Below, piece after piece: positions 42,667 through 53,286 of a DNA stretch of 64,000 nucleotides. The position numbers and the translations under genes are program-made. The stretch is taken from contig VRMN01000015.1 of assembly GCA_008690995.1 (NCBI GenBank), forward strand, positions 248,001 to 312,000, written 5' to 3'. This DNA comes from Porphyridium purpureum (lineage: Eukaryota). The stretch's first letter is position 1. Each line of letters starts with the position of its first letter. A model generated the notes under the pieces. It searched no databases. It had not been told where the DNA came from and worked only from the letters and a program-made list of their open reading frames with translations.

Positions 42667-44808
42667 ATGGCGGGCGACGCCATGGTAACGAGATGTCGAT
42701 GCGTAGTGCTTTTGCTCGCCCTGCTGGCTGTGAGCTACGCCACGGGTGCCGCGCGCGCGCAGGGCTCGGACTTTGTGGCGGGCGAAATCACCAGTGATGT
42801 CGAAGGGCCGGTGATTATTGCGCAGACAAACGGTTCCGCGTCCGATTCGCTGACTTTCTTTTTGCGCCCGTTTGCAAACAATGATAACGTGACGGACGTC
42901 AACGTTATCACGGGAGAAGGTCAGGCGAACACGATTATTTCGTGCGCGCCAGACTGTGACTTTAACGTTGCCACCGAGCGCGGGATTGGTTCGGGTGGCT
43001 ACACAGTTTTCAACATCACGGTGAATTTCGAGTTTGACTACCTGCCCGGGCTCGCCGTCTACACGCTCGAAATTTTCACGAGCATTCGAGATGGGTCGCC
43101 CGGGTCTGAGCCGTACACGGCAAGCTTCCTGGCGCTGCCGCGCTTTGATGTGCTCGGCTTTGTGATCTTGGCTCCGGGCACGGATCGCGCGAGCCCTGGT
43201 AGCCCGGATGATCCGAAGATTGTGTCCGGTGAGCTGTACAGTCTCGACCTGGGCAATTACCAAGACACTCTGGCCACGCCACAGTATGTGATGCCCGTCA
43301 TTGGGCGCTACCAGGCAGTCGCTTCTCGCTTCCCGTACAATGATCTTCTCAAGCAGGTGGTGCCGGTGATGGGCCCGCCGCAGAACCAGACGAGTGATAG
43401 CGACGCGTGCCCGGTGGCGCAGCAGGGTGGATTCGATCCGGCCACGGATGACTTTCCACTGGACCCCGGCTGTGGCTTCAAAATTTTCTACTCGGAGGCC
43501 ACGCCGGACCTCGATACATTGGTATTGGTAATCAATCCGTACCGCGTGGGCATGTTCAACATTGAGTGGGAGGGCAACGAGAATGTGGACATTAACGGTA
43601 TGCCATTTGAGACGCTGCTGCGAGTCACGATTGCGTCCGTGCCGGTGCCGCCGACCGTATCCCAGTTTGGAAGATCCTACACGTTTGATTACTTTGGCTG
43701 GGAGATCTTCCCCTGGACGCTGTACAATCTTGTGGACCCGCCACGGCCGTCGAACGATGAGATGGTGGGAGGCTTTCTATCTCTTGGTGATCCGAGCCAG
43801 ACCATGCCAGAATTCCAAGGCTCTGGACTCGGCGGGCGGTTGCAGGTGAATGCAAACATGTCGTATACAGATTTGGATGCACCGTTGCCGTCGTTCCAAA
43901 TTTATTTTCTCAACTTGTTGGGGCTGACAACCGTGCCATCGGACGCCATTGAGCCCGGCGAGGCTCTTGTACCTGGCATGTACGCCCAGTATGCAACGAC
44001 GGGCGTCACTCCGATCACCCAGTTGCCCGCGGCAAACAGTCAGGTGAGGTTTTCGAGCTCTGAGCTGTGCATCACTGGGACTCTGGACAATGACGACCAG
44101 AGATTCAACATTATTCAGTTTTATGTCGAGTTTCTTCTCCTGGATGTGGCGTCGACTTCCAACAACACATGCTCAAAGGTGATTCGGGCGATCCGCAACA
44201 ACCCGGACTTTGGAAGCTTGTTTGGGCCGATGGTACCCACATCTGTATCCAACTCGGGCCGAAGAAGGTTTCTCGCGGGTATGGACACGTCTGGCAGGCA
44301 GGTAGAAGCAGACGGCGTTCAGATTGAGATGCGCGCCATTGTGCCGGCCGAAGGCGCAAACAGGGTGCGGCAGGATCTGGATGAGTACCTAGATAGCGAT
44401 CAGTTTGCGATGGATGTGTTTGTGGACCCCGATTGGGTGCGTCGTGGTGAGGGCTCAACAATTGAGACTCCGTCAGCAGTACCAACAGGAACGGTAGATC
44501 CGGGCGGTGCGTCTGGCGGTCTGCCGACTTGGGCCATTGCGGTCATCTCGGTCATTGCCGCACTGTTGTTGATTTTGATCATTGCGGTCGCACTGTTTCT
44601 CATCTTGGCGAACAAGGAGGAGGAAGACACGGAAAGTTCGTACTCGTCCGAAGGACCTGCGTTGGTACCACGACCGGACGATATCATGTACCAACAAGCG
44701 ATTGTGCGCGACGAGTACGGTCGAGGCGAGTTCTCCGAGCCGCTCGAAGGCGAAGACTTTGAGATGGAGAACGGCATTCGCGCCGAGTACCCGCGTATCG
44801 TGGCGTAG
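42667..44808 (+). CDS. Type I single-pass membrane protein of unknown function (signal peptide, acidic beta-rich ectodomain, SEA-like juxtamembrane domain)
   Basis: Signal VVLLLALLAVSYATGAARA, TM WAIAVISVIAALLLILIIAVALFLIL, acidic Tyr-containing tail; 713-codon ATG-to-stop ORF. Confidence 0.85.
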   Translation: MAGDAMVTRCRCVVLLLALLAVSYATGAARAQGSDFVAGEITSDVEGPVIIAQTNGSASDSLTFFLRPFANNDNVTDVNVITGEGQANTIISCAPDCDFNVATERGIGSGGYTVFNITVNFEFDYLPGLAVYTLEIFTSIRDGSPGSEPYTASFLALPRFDVLGFVILAPGTDRASPGSPDDPKIVSGELYSLDLGNYQDTLATPQYVMPVIGRYQAVASRFPYNDLLKQVVPVMGPPQNQTSDSDACPVAQQGGFDPATDDFPLDPGCGFKIFYSEATPDLDTLVLVINPYRVGMFNIEWEGNENVDINGMPFETLLRVTIASVPVPPTVSQFGRSYTFDYFGWEIFPWTLYNLVDPPRPSNDEMVGGFLSLGDPSQTMPEFQGSGLGGRLQVNANMSYTDLDAPLPSFQIYFLNLLGLTTVPSDAIEPGEALVPGMYAQYATTGVTPITQLPAANSQVRFSSSELCITGTLDNDDQRFNIIQFYVEFLLLDVASTSNNTCSKVIRAIRNNPDFGSLFGPMVPTSVSNSGRRRFLAGMDTSGRQVEADGVQIEMRAIVPAEGANRVRQDLDEYLDSDQFAMDVFVDPDWVRRGEGSTIETPSAVPTGTVDPGGASGGLPTWAIAVISVIAALLLILIIAVALFLILANKEEEDTESSYSSEGPALVPRPDDIMYQQAIVRDEYGRGEFSEPLEGEDFEMENGIRAEYPRIVA

Positions 44809-45185
44809 ACGGCCGTTGCATGATTCTGAGGCTTTGACCCCGCTTTTCTTTGTTTCGGATTTATTTACGGAGACCCATTTGACTAAAGGAACAACACACG
44901 CGTTCCAGGTCCGCAATCCTTCGCGTGAACTAGATACCCGGACTCTTATCCATTCGTGTGACTCACTGAGAGATGCAATAGCAGCACCGCGCATCATTCC
45001 ATCATCGCGGCGGCCACTCTGTTGCGGGTACCCTTACGGCGATCACTGCGGCGACGCTGTTGGGCGAGCGAAACGAGGTCTAGACGATGATAATGACCCG
45101 GAGTTTCTGTGCGTGGCCGCTTCTTTTTCTTCTCCTCTTATGGAGCCAGCAGAGGACATGAGGCAGGGATGATTTCGACGTTTGA

Positions 45186-46910
45186 ATGGGTGACCTCTTG
45201 CGTGCCACGACGAGGTCACGCGTGCTGGCGCTGTTCGTGCTGAGCGCGGTGTGCGCAGCATGTGAGCGCTTCTTGCCGCCGTCCGCATCCATTCCGCGTG
45301 GTGTGCTCGCCCAAGCTGTGTGTCACCCTTCGGACAGCGCCGCACCGACGTCCATCGCGCTCGTGGTGCTGGCGTATAATCGCGTGCCGGCTCTGAGCGC
45401 GGCACTGGACTCCGTAGCGCGCTGTGCAACGTGTGCGGACGCGTTCGACGCCGTGTTTGTGTCGATTGACGGCGGTAGCACCAAAGTGGCTTCGATCCTG
45501 CGCCGTGTGGGCAGTGGTGGTCGCCACGCCGCTCTCGTGTCAGGGACCTGGGTGTGTGAACGTGGCAGCGTCAGGGTCGGGACTGAAGCCACCTCGAGTG
45601 CGCGCGCGGCGTCCTCACCCGTGAATGCGGATGCGCGCACAAATATTGCGCGTCACTACGCGTGCGCACTGGACCGTGTGTTTGCTCGCGGGTTTCAGTA
45701 TGCCGTGCTTCTTGAAGACGACATGGTCGTAGGCTCGGACTTTGGCGCGCTCTTTGCGAGCACGCGTCATTTGCTGCGCAATGCTGAAAAGTATTCCGTG
45801 CTTTGCGTCTCGGCTTGGAATGACAATGGGATGCGCCATCTCGTCCATCCGAGCGTCCGCCACGCCTTGTTTCGCACCTCTTTCTTCCCGGGCCTCGGCT
45901 GGATGCTTTCACGCGATCTGTGGCTGTCCGAGCTCAGCGAGAAGTGGCCCGACGGCGTGCACGCCAACGCATCCACTGGATGGGATCATTGGCTGCGCCT
46001 GCCGGCGCAAATGCAGGGTCGCGATTGTATAGCGCCCGTGGTGCCCCGCGCGCGCAACATGGGTAACACCGGAGCCAATGTGCGCAAGCAAGAGTTTGAC
46101 GCCGTGCTTGCGACGCTCGCCTTTGTCGATGAATTGGACGACGAGCTGAGAGATAATCGAGATGCGTGCGAATCGGCTGCCGTGTGGGTACCAGACTCCA
46201 AGCTTGAATACCTCGAGCCGCGGCAATACATGCGCCACATCCAGCAGGAAATCGACTCGGCCACTCGTATTGGCTCGCTGGTGCAACTCAGCGAGCTGCG
46301 AACGTGCCGTACTTTGCAAAATGCCTCAATGGTGGATCTCGCATCAGGCACGCTTTCCGGGCGTTGCACACCGACAGCAGAAACCATCAGCTCATCGCCA
46401 CGCTCTTTTTTGTACATCTACAAGCGCGAGCGCTTTGTGGAAGACGTGGCCGACCCACTAGGTATTTTCCCGCAGCCACGCAGCATTTACAAGGGCGTAC
46501 AGGTGATATTCTTCTCAGAGGCGCCGCACATCACCTTGTACCTGGCTGACGCGAGAGTCTGTCCCTTTTTGCGTCCAGAGGAGCAGCTGCATCCGTCACC
46601 GCAGGCACAGCTCTTCGCCGCGCGCCGAGGCGAGAGCTGCGATGCGGCATGCGCGAGCATCCGGAAAAATTGCTCAGCAAGCGAGCTTGAATTCGCCAAC
46701 ACGTGCGAACAGCTCGAGCGCTTTTTCGACTGCCCGAGTGGCTGCGGCTTGGAGACAGGGCCGGACTTGCCTGCGGCGGTCGAGGCAGATGCGGTCGAAC
46801 TTGCAACGCGTGGTCAGTGCCTCGTCACGTACGGTGGGTACCCAGACGGCCGTGCGCTGACCTGCAGCGGCAGTTTTCGCCACACACGAAGACTATGCGC
46901 CTGTGTATAA
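45186..46910 (+). CDS. MGAT1: GT13 N-acetylglucosaminyltransferase I-like protein with C-terminal Cys-rich MGAT5-like module
   Basis: VLAYNR, IARHY..AL..VF, LLEDDM, CVSAWNDNG, LFRTSFFPGLGWML, WDHWLR....GRDCIAP.VPR...G..G; C-terminal GESCDAAC...RRLCACV. Confidence 0.85.
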   Translation: MGDLLRATTRSRVLALFVLSAVCAACERFLPPSASIPRGVLAQAVCHPSDSAAPTSIALVVLAYNRVPALSAALDSVARCATCADAFDAVFVSIDGGSTKVASILRRVGSGGRHAALVSGTWVCERGSVRVGTEATSSARAASSPVNADARTNIARHYACALDRVFARGFQYAVLLEDDMVVGSDFGALFASTRHLLRNAEKYSVLCVSAWNDNGMRHLVHPSVRHALFRTSFFPGLGWMLSRDLWLSELSEKWPDGVHANASTGWDHWLRLPAQMQGRDCIAPVVPRARNMGNTGANVRKQEFDAVLATLAFVDELDDELRDNRDACESAAVWVPDSKLEYLEPRQYMRHIQQEIDSATRIGSLVQLSELRTCRTLQNASMVDLASGTLSGRCTPTAETISSSPRSFLYIYKRERFVEDVADPLGIFPQPRSIYKGVQVIFFSEAPHITLYLADARVCPFLRPEEQLHPSPQAQLFAARRGESCDAACASIRKNCSASELEFANTCEQLERFFDCPSGCGLETGPDLPAAVEADAVELATRGQCLVTYGGYPDGRALTCSGSFRHTRRLCACV

Positions 46911-47502
46911 AGGATATGTCGACAAAAGGTCAAAAGCGCTGATAAAGAATGTGCTGCAGCTGGAGGTGGTAGCGCTCGTCGGGTGCAGTCCTGATCAAAC
47001 TCGGCTGTTCTGTAGAATGACTGGTGAAGCCCAATGAGGGAAAAGGCGCGATGTTCCGAGTCTGGGCGAATGTTGCCATTGAATATCTATGCATTTCTTG
47101 GACAGCTAAAATGGACCTTCCATGGGTCACAAGTCAACGCTGCAAACATGTTCTTCTCGCGCACACAGTCCGATCCACGACCAGTCCGTCTAATATACCT
47201 GCCGGCTCTGATTATCCGGCGATCGCAGCTGTGCATGTACGACTAGTGCGACGCTGAGAAACCAAGTCGTCGCGCTTGCCTTGAGCTCCAAGCTCACTGA
47301 GGAATGGCATGGATAATAATAATAATAATAAACTGCCCAGTCGAAAACCCGTTGGTCAAAGAAGAGCTGCAGCACTCTTTCGACTACGTTAGCAACGCCT
47401 CCCAAGGTCGCGGGGGGGCGCCCCCTGTTGCTCACAGATATTTGGCCGAATCAGTGAACTCGCACGTCCCTTTCACCAGCGGGCAAATTCGCGAGCAGCA
47501 CT

Positions 47503-49383
47503 TCAGAGGCCAGGAAAACGATCAAGGATCCACTGTACGCGAACGGCGCGTGCTGGGTCGGCCCGATACTCCAGCCACGCGTCCCACTGCTGAATTGAAT
47601 CACGTAGATCGTACAGCGTGTCACGCGCACTCCTCACATTGTCGGGCCGCTTGTCTTCCAGAGCGTTGCGAATGTAGCCGTCAAGCGCGATGGATGAGCA
47701 CCTGCTGGTAACCCATGCTTCCAAGATCTCAAACTCTTCGGTCGGCATGCCCAGCGTCCGCCTGATCGAGTCCAGTTCAATGAGCGAGCTTCCTTGAAGG
47801 CGCAGATCCAGAACCTTGTGCATGTATATCGTGCTTAGACCGAGTTCTGCGCAGAGTAAATGCGCGAGCTGCTCGCTCGACATGGATCGGAACGGAACGT
47901 ACTTGCAAGAAAGTTTCCGCTTGCGCAACGTGAGCCAGTCTTGAACTTTAAGCTTCTCCTCCAGATTCAAAGGCACATGCATCATGCCCTCATCGGCATC
48001 GAAGTCTGCCAGGACCTTGCCGCAAATTCCCCTATCGACTACTCGGCGCGCGAGCTCGGCGCGGAGGCAGACGTTGAACTCGAGAAGGTGCGCGAACTCG
48101 TTGGGCAGGAGCGTCTCGAGATTGCGCCCGCAGGCGAGCTCACTCGCACTCTTATAGCGCAGCCATCGCTCCAGCGCGCGCCTACTTTCGCGCGCAAGAG
48201 GCACCGTTTGCATCTTCGCGTTGTACTCGTCGTCATTCATCACGGAAACCAAGTCCATGCCGTCAATCTGCTCTTTGAGTACTACATGCATAGTATCTCT
48301 GTCGCTCATGAGCTTCCCGAAGAGCAGAGCGACGTGCTCGACGCGCATGTGTTCTACCTTGACGTACTGCCACCACGGGTCTTCTGCTTGTGGTTGCACT
48401 GATGCCGAGCATGCTGCCAATGAACGAACGTGATCTGTAAGCCGCTGATCCCACAACGTCAGAGCACCGTATGCGTCCTCTCCGTTTCCCGATGGGTATC
48501 TTCTTGTGACTTCGTGACATGCGGCATCCCACGCAAGCGAGAGAATTCGACGCACCACATCGCCAGGCACCCCGATACGCTGGAGTTGAAGTGCGCAGTC
48601 ACTGATGCGGCGACCATTTTCGGCCGCATCCGAGTCAATGTTTTGTCCCGTCAGCAGATTCCAGACAGAATGCGTCGTGTCCAAGAAGATCATCTTCATC
48701 CTGTCGCCTATTGTGTCCCCAGCTAGTCCGACTTGCAAATGTTCTGCGACTTCACGTGCTTGTCTCTGCACTTCATGTTCGCCTTCAACATCTAATATCC
48801 CATCGCGCGTATTGGCTACGTACCTTGCCGCGTCCGAAGCCATGGTCCTTATCGTTTCTGAACAACATGCGAGAGCACCGGATGCCAACACGACCTTATG
48901 AATCTCAATGAGCGACAGGAACACGTCAGCAAGAGCTGTTGGATTCCCTGGCGAGCCCTCGGAGCTCTGCAGGCGGTGATATTGGAAAGTATTATTTGCC
49001 GCACTCCACGCGATGTTCCAAATGTGAAGTAAGTGCGCGTCTGGTACACCCAAACGCGAAAGTTCTTCTGCGCGGCCATGCGCGGCGTTAATTTCTTGTG
49101 CAGCGATGTCCGGAAATCCGTTGCCTACATTGACGATGTGCAGAGTAATGCTCCGACAGAGCCTTTCAATATTGTCAGATATTCCGACCGCATTTTGAAT
49201 ATCCATTTCCTCGAAATGAATGCGGATCGCATCTGTCCCAAAGAACGGATGTTCATTCCCCATGGCGCCATCTTGCTGAGGTTGTCCCAAGAACTCAATT
49301 ACAAAGTTCGACACATTGCGGGCAATCCACTCGATGGTTTCCGCAGACACCGCAAGTTCCACGCCAAGATCAGCCTCCGTCAT
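47503..49383 (-). CDS. Hypothetical protein: two ~160-aa helical repeats plus three SAM-like domains
   Basis: Long stop-free ORF with internal repeats visible by eye (LSRLGVP..IWNIAWSAA versus LQRIGVP..ILSLAWDAA) and SAM-like units (E.VA.L..., IDG.DL / ICG..L / LQG.SL). Confidence 0.7.
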   Translation of the reverse strand: MTEADLGVELAVSAETIEWIARNVSNFVIEFLGQPQQDGAMGNEHPFFGTDAIRIHFEEMDIQNAVGISDNIERLCRSITLHIVNVGNGFPDIAAQEINAAHGRAEELSRLGVPDAHLLHIWNIAWSAANNTFQYHRLQSSEGSPGNPTALADVFLSLIEIHKVVLASGALACCSETIRTMASDAARYVANTRDGILDVEGEHEVQRQAREVAEHLQVGLAGDTIGDRMKMIFLDTTHSVWNLLTGQNIDSDAAENGRRISDCALQLQRIGVPGDVVRRILSLAWDAACHEVTRRYPSGNGEDAYGALTLWDQRLTDHVRSLAACSASVQPQAEDPWWQYVKVEHMRVEHVALLFGKLMSDRDTMHVVLKEQIDGMDLVSVMNDDEYNAKMQTVPLARESRRALERWLRYKSASELACGRNLETLLPNEFAHLLEFNVCLRAELARRVVDRGICGKVLADFDADEGMMHVPLNLEEKLKVQDWLTLRKRKLSCKYVPFRSMSSEQLAHLLCAELGLSTIYMHKVLDLRLQGSSLIELDSIRRTLGMPTEEFEILEAWVTSRCSSIALDGYIRNALEDKRPDNVRSARDTLYDLRDSIQQWDAWLEYRADPARAVRVQWILDRFPGL

Positions 49384-50839
49384 CTTCCGTTCCACGTGCA
49401 AACTCGTGTCCACCAATCGCGATGCAGGTGAGCGCGCCCTCTCCTACATCCACGTCTCGCTCTGACAGTGCCTTTGTTTTCTTTCACCGCACCCACCTCC
49501 CTTCTCTCGACAACGCGCGTCGTCTTCTTGTACCCGGTAGTCTACAAAGAAAAAATGGATGGATTCCGCCGGAATCACATTTCGCGGCAATTCGCAACGA
49601 AAGTAATGACACTCGGTTGAGCTGGACACCCAAAGTGAACACCTGACGACAAGGGATTGCGTGATTCGAACGCAGTTTGGCCAAGGGGCAGGAGCTTGGA
49701 AGGGGCACACGGCGTGCGGCCCACGGGCGACGAGTATGCGCCAATTTTTGTCCGGCAAGACAAGGTATCTGAAAAACATGCGCATTCTGTTGACTTTGGC
49801 CTGGATGACGGCTGTACAAGCGACGCGCAGTCCTCACTCAACATCAGATGCTGTAGATATTTAGATACATGTTTCACGTATTCGACTTGTTGCAGAAAAG
49901 CTGTTCCTTCTACCACTGTTTGATTCCTCTTTGCCTTTGGGCGTTTGTGCATAAGCTGAGTGTGTACCCGTGCAACTTACTCAATAGCCAATCTTTGAGA
50001 AAAATTATTGGTCTCCGCGTTGAGCGTCAAGGCGCTCAAGCTACTCTACTTTGGGGACTTGCGTGAATCTCCCAATCGCTTGCCGCTGTATGCTCACCAA
50101 TCCCCTTCTGGGCTTGTTCACATTAAAGGTGTTGTGTCTGTGATGCTTCATCGTACAAGCGACCAGAATATTTTCTTCCAAGAAGAGCGTAACCTTCAAA
50201 AGACTAGCGCACGGCGAATAGCATGTTGGAAACATCATTGTGAACGTCAGTTTCGGTAGGCTTTCTATCGTTCACATGTGAGAGCTAATCAAAATCAGTC
50301 CGCGATGGCACTCGAACTTGTGTCAATGTTGTTTCAAATTCTCGAAAACAGAGGATTGAAAGGTCACAAATGGCGAGCGGTGAACAGCTTGCCCAGCTGT
50401 TTTCATGAAGCGCTGGAATGATTTGTAGCCCTTTGGCTTCTTCCTGTATAGGTCTTTCAGAGTTCGCGACGGTACCGGATCTCAACTACGAGTTGCTCTT
50501 TCTTTCGCGTGCCATGGATCGAGCAAACGTCACTTGAAAAGCTGAAAGAGGCACAGCCGAAGAGGGAAAAGAGAAAAGACCATGTTGATTCCGAGCACGG
50601 AAACTTCCAAACCCGAAAGTAGTTCCAACTTCATTGCGCAAAAGTGGAAGAGAAGTGTCAGCGTACGAAATAATAGGGCACAGTCACGGAAAACAAAACT
50701 GTTCGTGTGTCGATGATACATTCACGTCGCAATGAATGTCCTTTCTTTCTGGTCAAAGATCTCCTTGCCGCATGGGCGAGCATCATCGCAAGCATCGAGC
50801 CCGTCAGCTAGTACAGTAACAAAGTACCGTTGTATCAAA

Positions 50840-50954
50840 CCGATAAGCCGAGGAGCCGATAAGCCGAGGAGCCGATAAGCCGAGGAGCCGATAAGCCGAG
50901 GAGCCGATAAGCCGAGGAGCCGATAAGCCGAGGAGCCGATAAGCCGAGGAGCCG
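50840..50954. repeat. Perfect 16-bp minisatellite (CCGATAAGCCGAGGAG) x7
   Basis: Seven identical contiguous units plus CCG, with no spacers. Confidence 0.97.
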
Positions 50955-51063
50955 CGAAAGTTTGTGGAGATGGTTGGCAGATGGGGACGGGTGAGATACT
51001 GTGTGGTGGATTGAGGAGTTCTCGCGTGCTGGTAGCAGGCGCGTTCATCTCCATTGGAGGAGG

Positions 51064-53286
51064 ATGGTCACGGAGGCCGCAGAGGCCGCGGAGACTGCTG
51101 GAATGCCGGCGGCTGCGCCACGTGAGAACCTGGGAAGACTGAGCGTGAGCATTCCGTGGGTCAAGATTCTGGGATTGTGTAGCACCGATCTGGACGTGAC
51201 CGTGGGGCTGCGCTTTGTGCGCGACGGGGAAGAGCAAGCTGACGAAGGTGAAAATGGGTTTGGGGATAGGCAGGGAAGCGTGCCAGATGAATGTGGGTCT
51301 GTCCCTGTTGTACCTGCGTCAGCATCGGCATCCGATTCTGCGCCGAACGATCATCTGCCGCCGGGAGAACAGCTTACGGACAGGATTGTAGATGACGCGT
51401 ACGCCGATGAAAATAGTGAGCAAGATTCACCAAGCTCAGAGGATGAGGGGCCACGTGAACAGCTGGACTCCCGGGTCAAGCACTATCGGAAAAAATCGTT
51501 CAGTGTCACTTCGGAAGCTCTCGCGGGCATTCTGGCGCAGCTCGAAGTCGAGGTGAAAGACCAAGACCCCACAGCTCCCGCCGAAATCTCTGGAGATTCC
51601 CGCTCTCAGTTGGTCAATGCGCATTCTCGTATAGCTGCAGAAACGGTGTCAGTTGCCTCGGCCTCACCTGAAGTGCCGGAGAACTTTCCGCTTGTGTCTT
51701 TGCGCGGAGTGAAACATGAGGAAATGAGCACATTCATCGGGTTTTGCTTTCCGCAAGAACAGTTTCACCGTACGTCGCTTTGCTACCCGACTCGCAAGGC
51801 ACAGTGGGATCTGCAGGCAAGTGCCTATTCTTTTGTATGTACCAACGAGATGCGCGATTTCTCGTACGGCCTAGGTATCCAATTTTGCTTTGACATCGTG
51901 CGCGCGTCGAATGGACGACATCGTTGCTCGGGCTGTTCTACAAATTTTCCTGGCAGCAGTCATAGCGATAACATGTACGGCGAGACAAAGCTGATTTCAT
52001 CCAAGCAACGGCAGAATGGCTTGGCGCTGTTCGTCCTGTCGACTGTGAATGAGAGAGCGCAAGCAGAGACTTTGCTAAACGAGTTGATCGTCGAATTTGA
52101 AAAATGTTGCAAGCGAAATACCGCGCTAGCACCGGACGAAGACTGTGCGGCACTCGCTCGCCGCTCGTTCAGAAACGCGTGCGAGAGCGCTGTCAGAAAG
52201 TATGTTGGCAGTCCTGAGAACCAAGCGTCGATACCAAATGCATCGACGCCGTTGCTTCTGGTTCAGTCTGAAAAGGAGGAGGCGCCGCTCTTATTGGAGA
52301 GGAATATTTCTGCGGTGGCGAGCGAGCGAGCGTTGAGCGCAGGTTCCGCGCTTGTGCCGGACATGTCTGTGTACGACCTGCTGCTTGCATTTGGCAGTTC
52401 AGTTTTCATAGACGTGGTGACTGCGATTTTGCTCGAGAAGCGCATTATATTTTGCTCTTGGTTTCTGCGACGGCTTGAAATCGGTATTGAGAATTTCTTG
52501 AAAGCCCTTGACCCACTGACTTGGCAGGGTATCTACATACCTGTTCTGCCGGCGGGGCTGCTTGATGTCGTACATGCGCCCATGCCCTTTCTGGTGGGTA
52601 TACACACTTCATGTGTGCCGAGAATAGACTGGAACGTCGAAGCAGAAACCGTGCGTGTGGATCTCGATGCGGCGCGCTTTTATATAGGAAAGGACTCGGG
52701 CTTCTTACGCATGCCACTCAAGCTCCGGTCCAAGCTAGAAAACAGCTTCAATTCGTTTATTATTGAGACGATGGCACAGGGCGAGGAAGAACGGGAGCAG
52801 AGCTTGAATGCTATTTTGGGCATCTTCTTTCGTGTCTTTACAAGCGAGTACTTGACTTCTTTTTGGCCGGCAGCCATGGATAAAGAGAGTGAAGTGGACG
52901 CAGCGGTATACTCTGCGTTGGGCAGCAAGTCTGGGATTGTGCAGGGTGCACACTTACCGCAGGATGAAGAGCAATTCTGGATCGCGTTTGGAGAGACGCA
53001 GATGAAGGAGCAGTGGACGCTGCGCGCCACCGTGCAACACCGGGTGACGCTCAAAAAGATGGCGCACGACGCGCACGGTCGGTCTGCGGCAGAGTCCGTC
53101 CCCTCTAAACGATCACTCAAGAGCCTTCGCGCAAGCATGTTCAAGAAACCAGTTGCGCCAGGAAAGGATGACACGTCGGCCGCTGGGTCCAAGGACACTG
53201 TTGATCCAGGCACTCCGAGAAGGAAGAATTCAGTATCGACTGGTGGCATCAAGGAACACAAGAGTCGAATCCGCTGGAAGTTTTGA
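51064..53286 (+). CDS. DENN domain protein (Rab GEF-like)
   Basis: uDENN FCFP...YSFVCTNE.R..SYG; cDENN AILLEKRIIFCS, LDPLTWQGIYIPVLP..LLDVVHAPMPFLVGIH; dDENN FWIAFGETQM. Start uncertain; first in-frame ATG is 51064. Confidence 0.9.
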   Translation: MVTEAAEAAETAGMPAAAPRENLGRLSVSIPWVKILGLCSTDLDVTVGLRFVRDGEEQADEGENGFGDRQGSVPDECGSVPVVPASASASDSAPNDHLPPGEQLTDRIVDDAYADENSEQDSPSSEDEGPREQLDSRVKHYRKKSFSVTSEALAGILAQLEVEVKDQDPTAPAEISGDSRSQLVNAHSRIAAETVSVASASPEVPENFPLVSLRGVKHEEMSTFIGFCFPQEQFHRTSLCYPTRKAQWDLQASAYSFVCTNEMRDFSYGLGIQFCFDIVRASNGRHRCSGCSTNFPGSSHSDNMYGETKLISSKQRQNGLALFVLSTVNERAQAETLLNELIVEFEKCCKRNTALAPDEDCAALARRSFRNACESAVRKYVGSPENQASIPNASTPLLLVQSEKEEAPLLLERNISAVASERALSAGSALVPDMSVYDLLLAFGSSVFIDVVTAILLEKRIIFCSWFLRRLEIGIENFLKALDPLTWQGIYIPVLPAGLLDVVHAPMPFLVGIHTSCVPRIDWNVEAETVRVDLDAARFYIGKDSGFLRMPLKLRSKLENSFNSFIIETMAQGEEEREQSLNAILGIFFRVFTSEYLTSFWPAAMDKESEVDAAVYSALGSKSGIVQGAHLPQDEEQFWIAFGETQMKEQWTLRATVQHRVTLKKMAHDAHGRSAAESVPSKRSLKSLRASMFKKPVAPGKDDTSAAGSKDTVDPGTPRRKNSVSTGGIKEHKSRIRWKF

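Noticed and set aside
50840..50954. CRISPR array
   Set aside because: Units are contiguous and identical with no unique spacers, there are no cas genes, and the context is eukaryotic.
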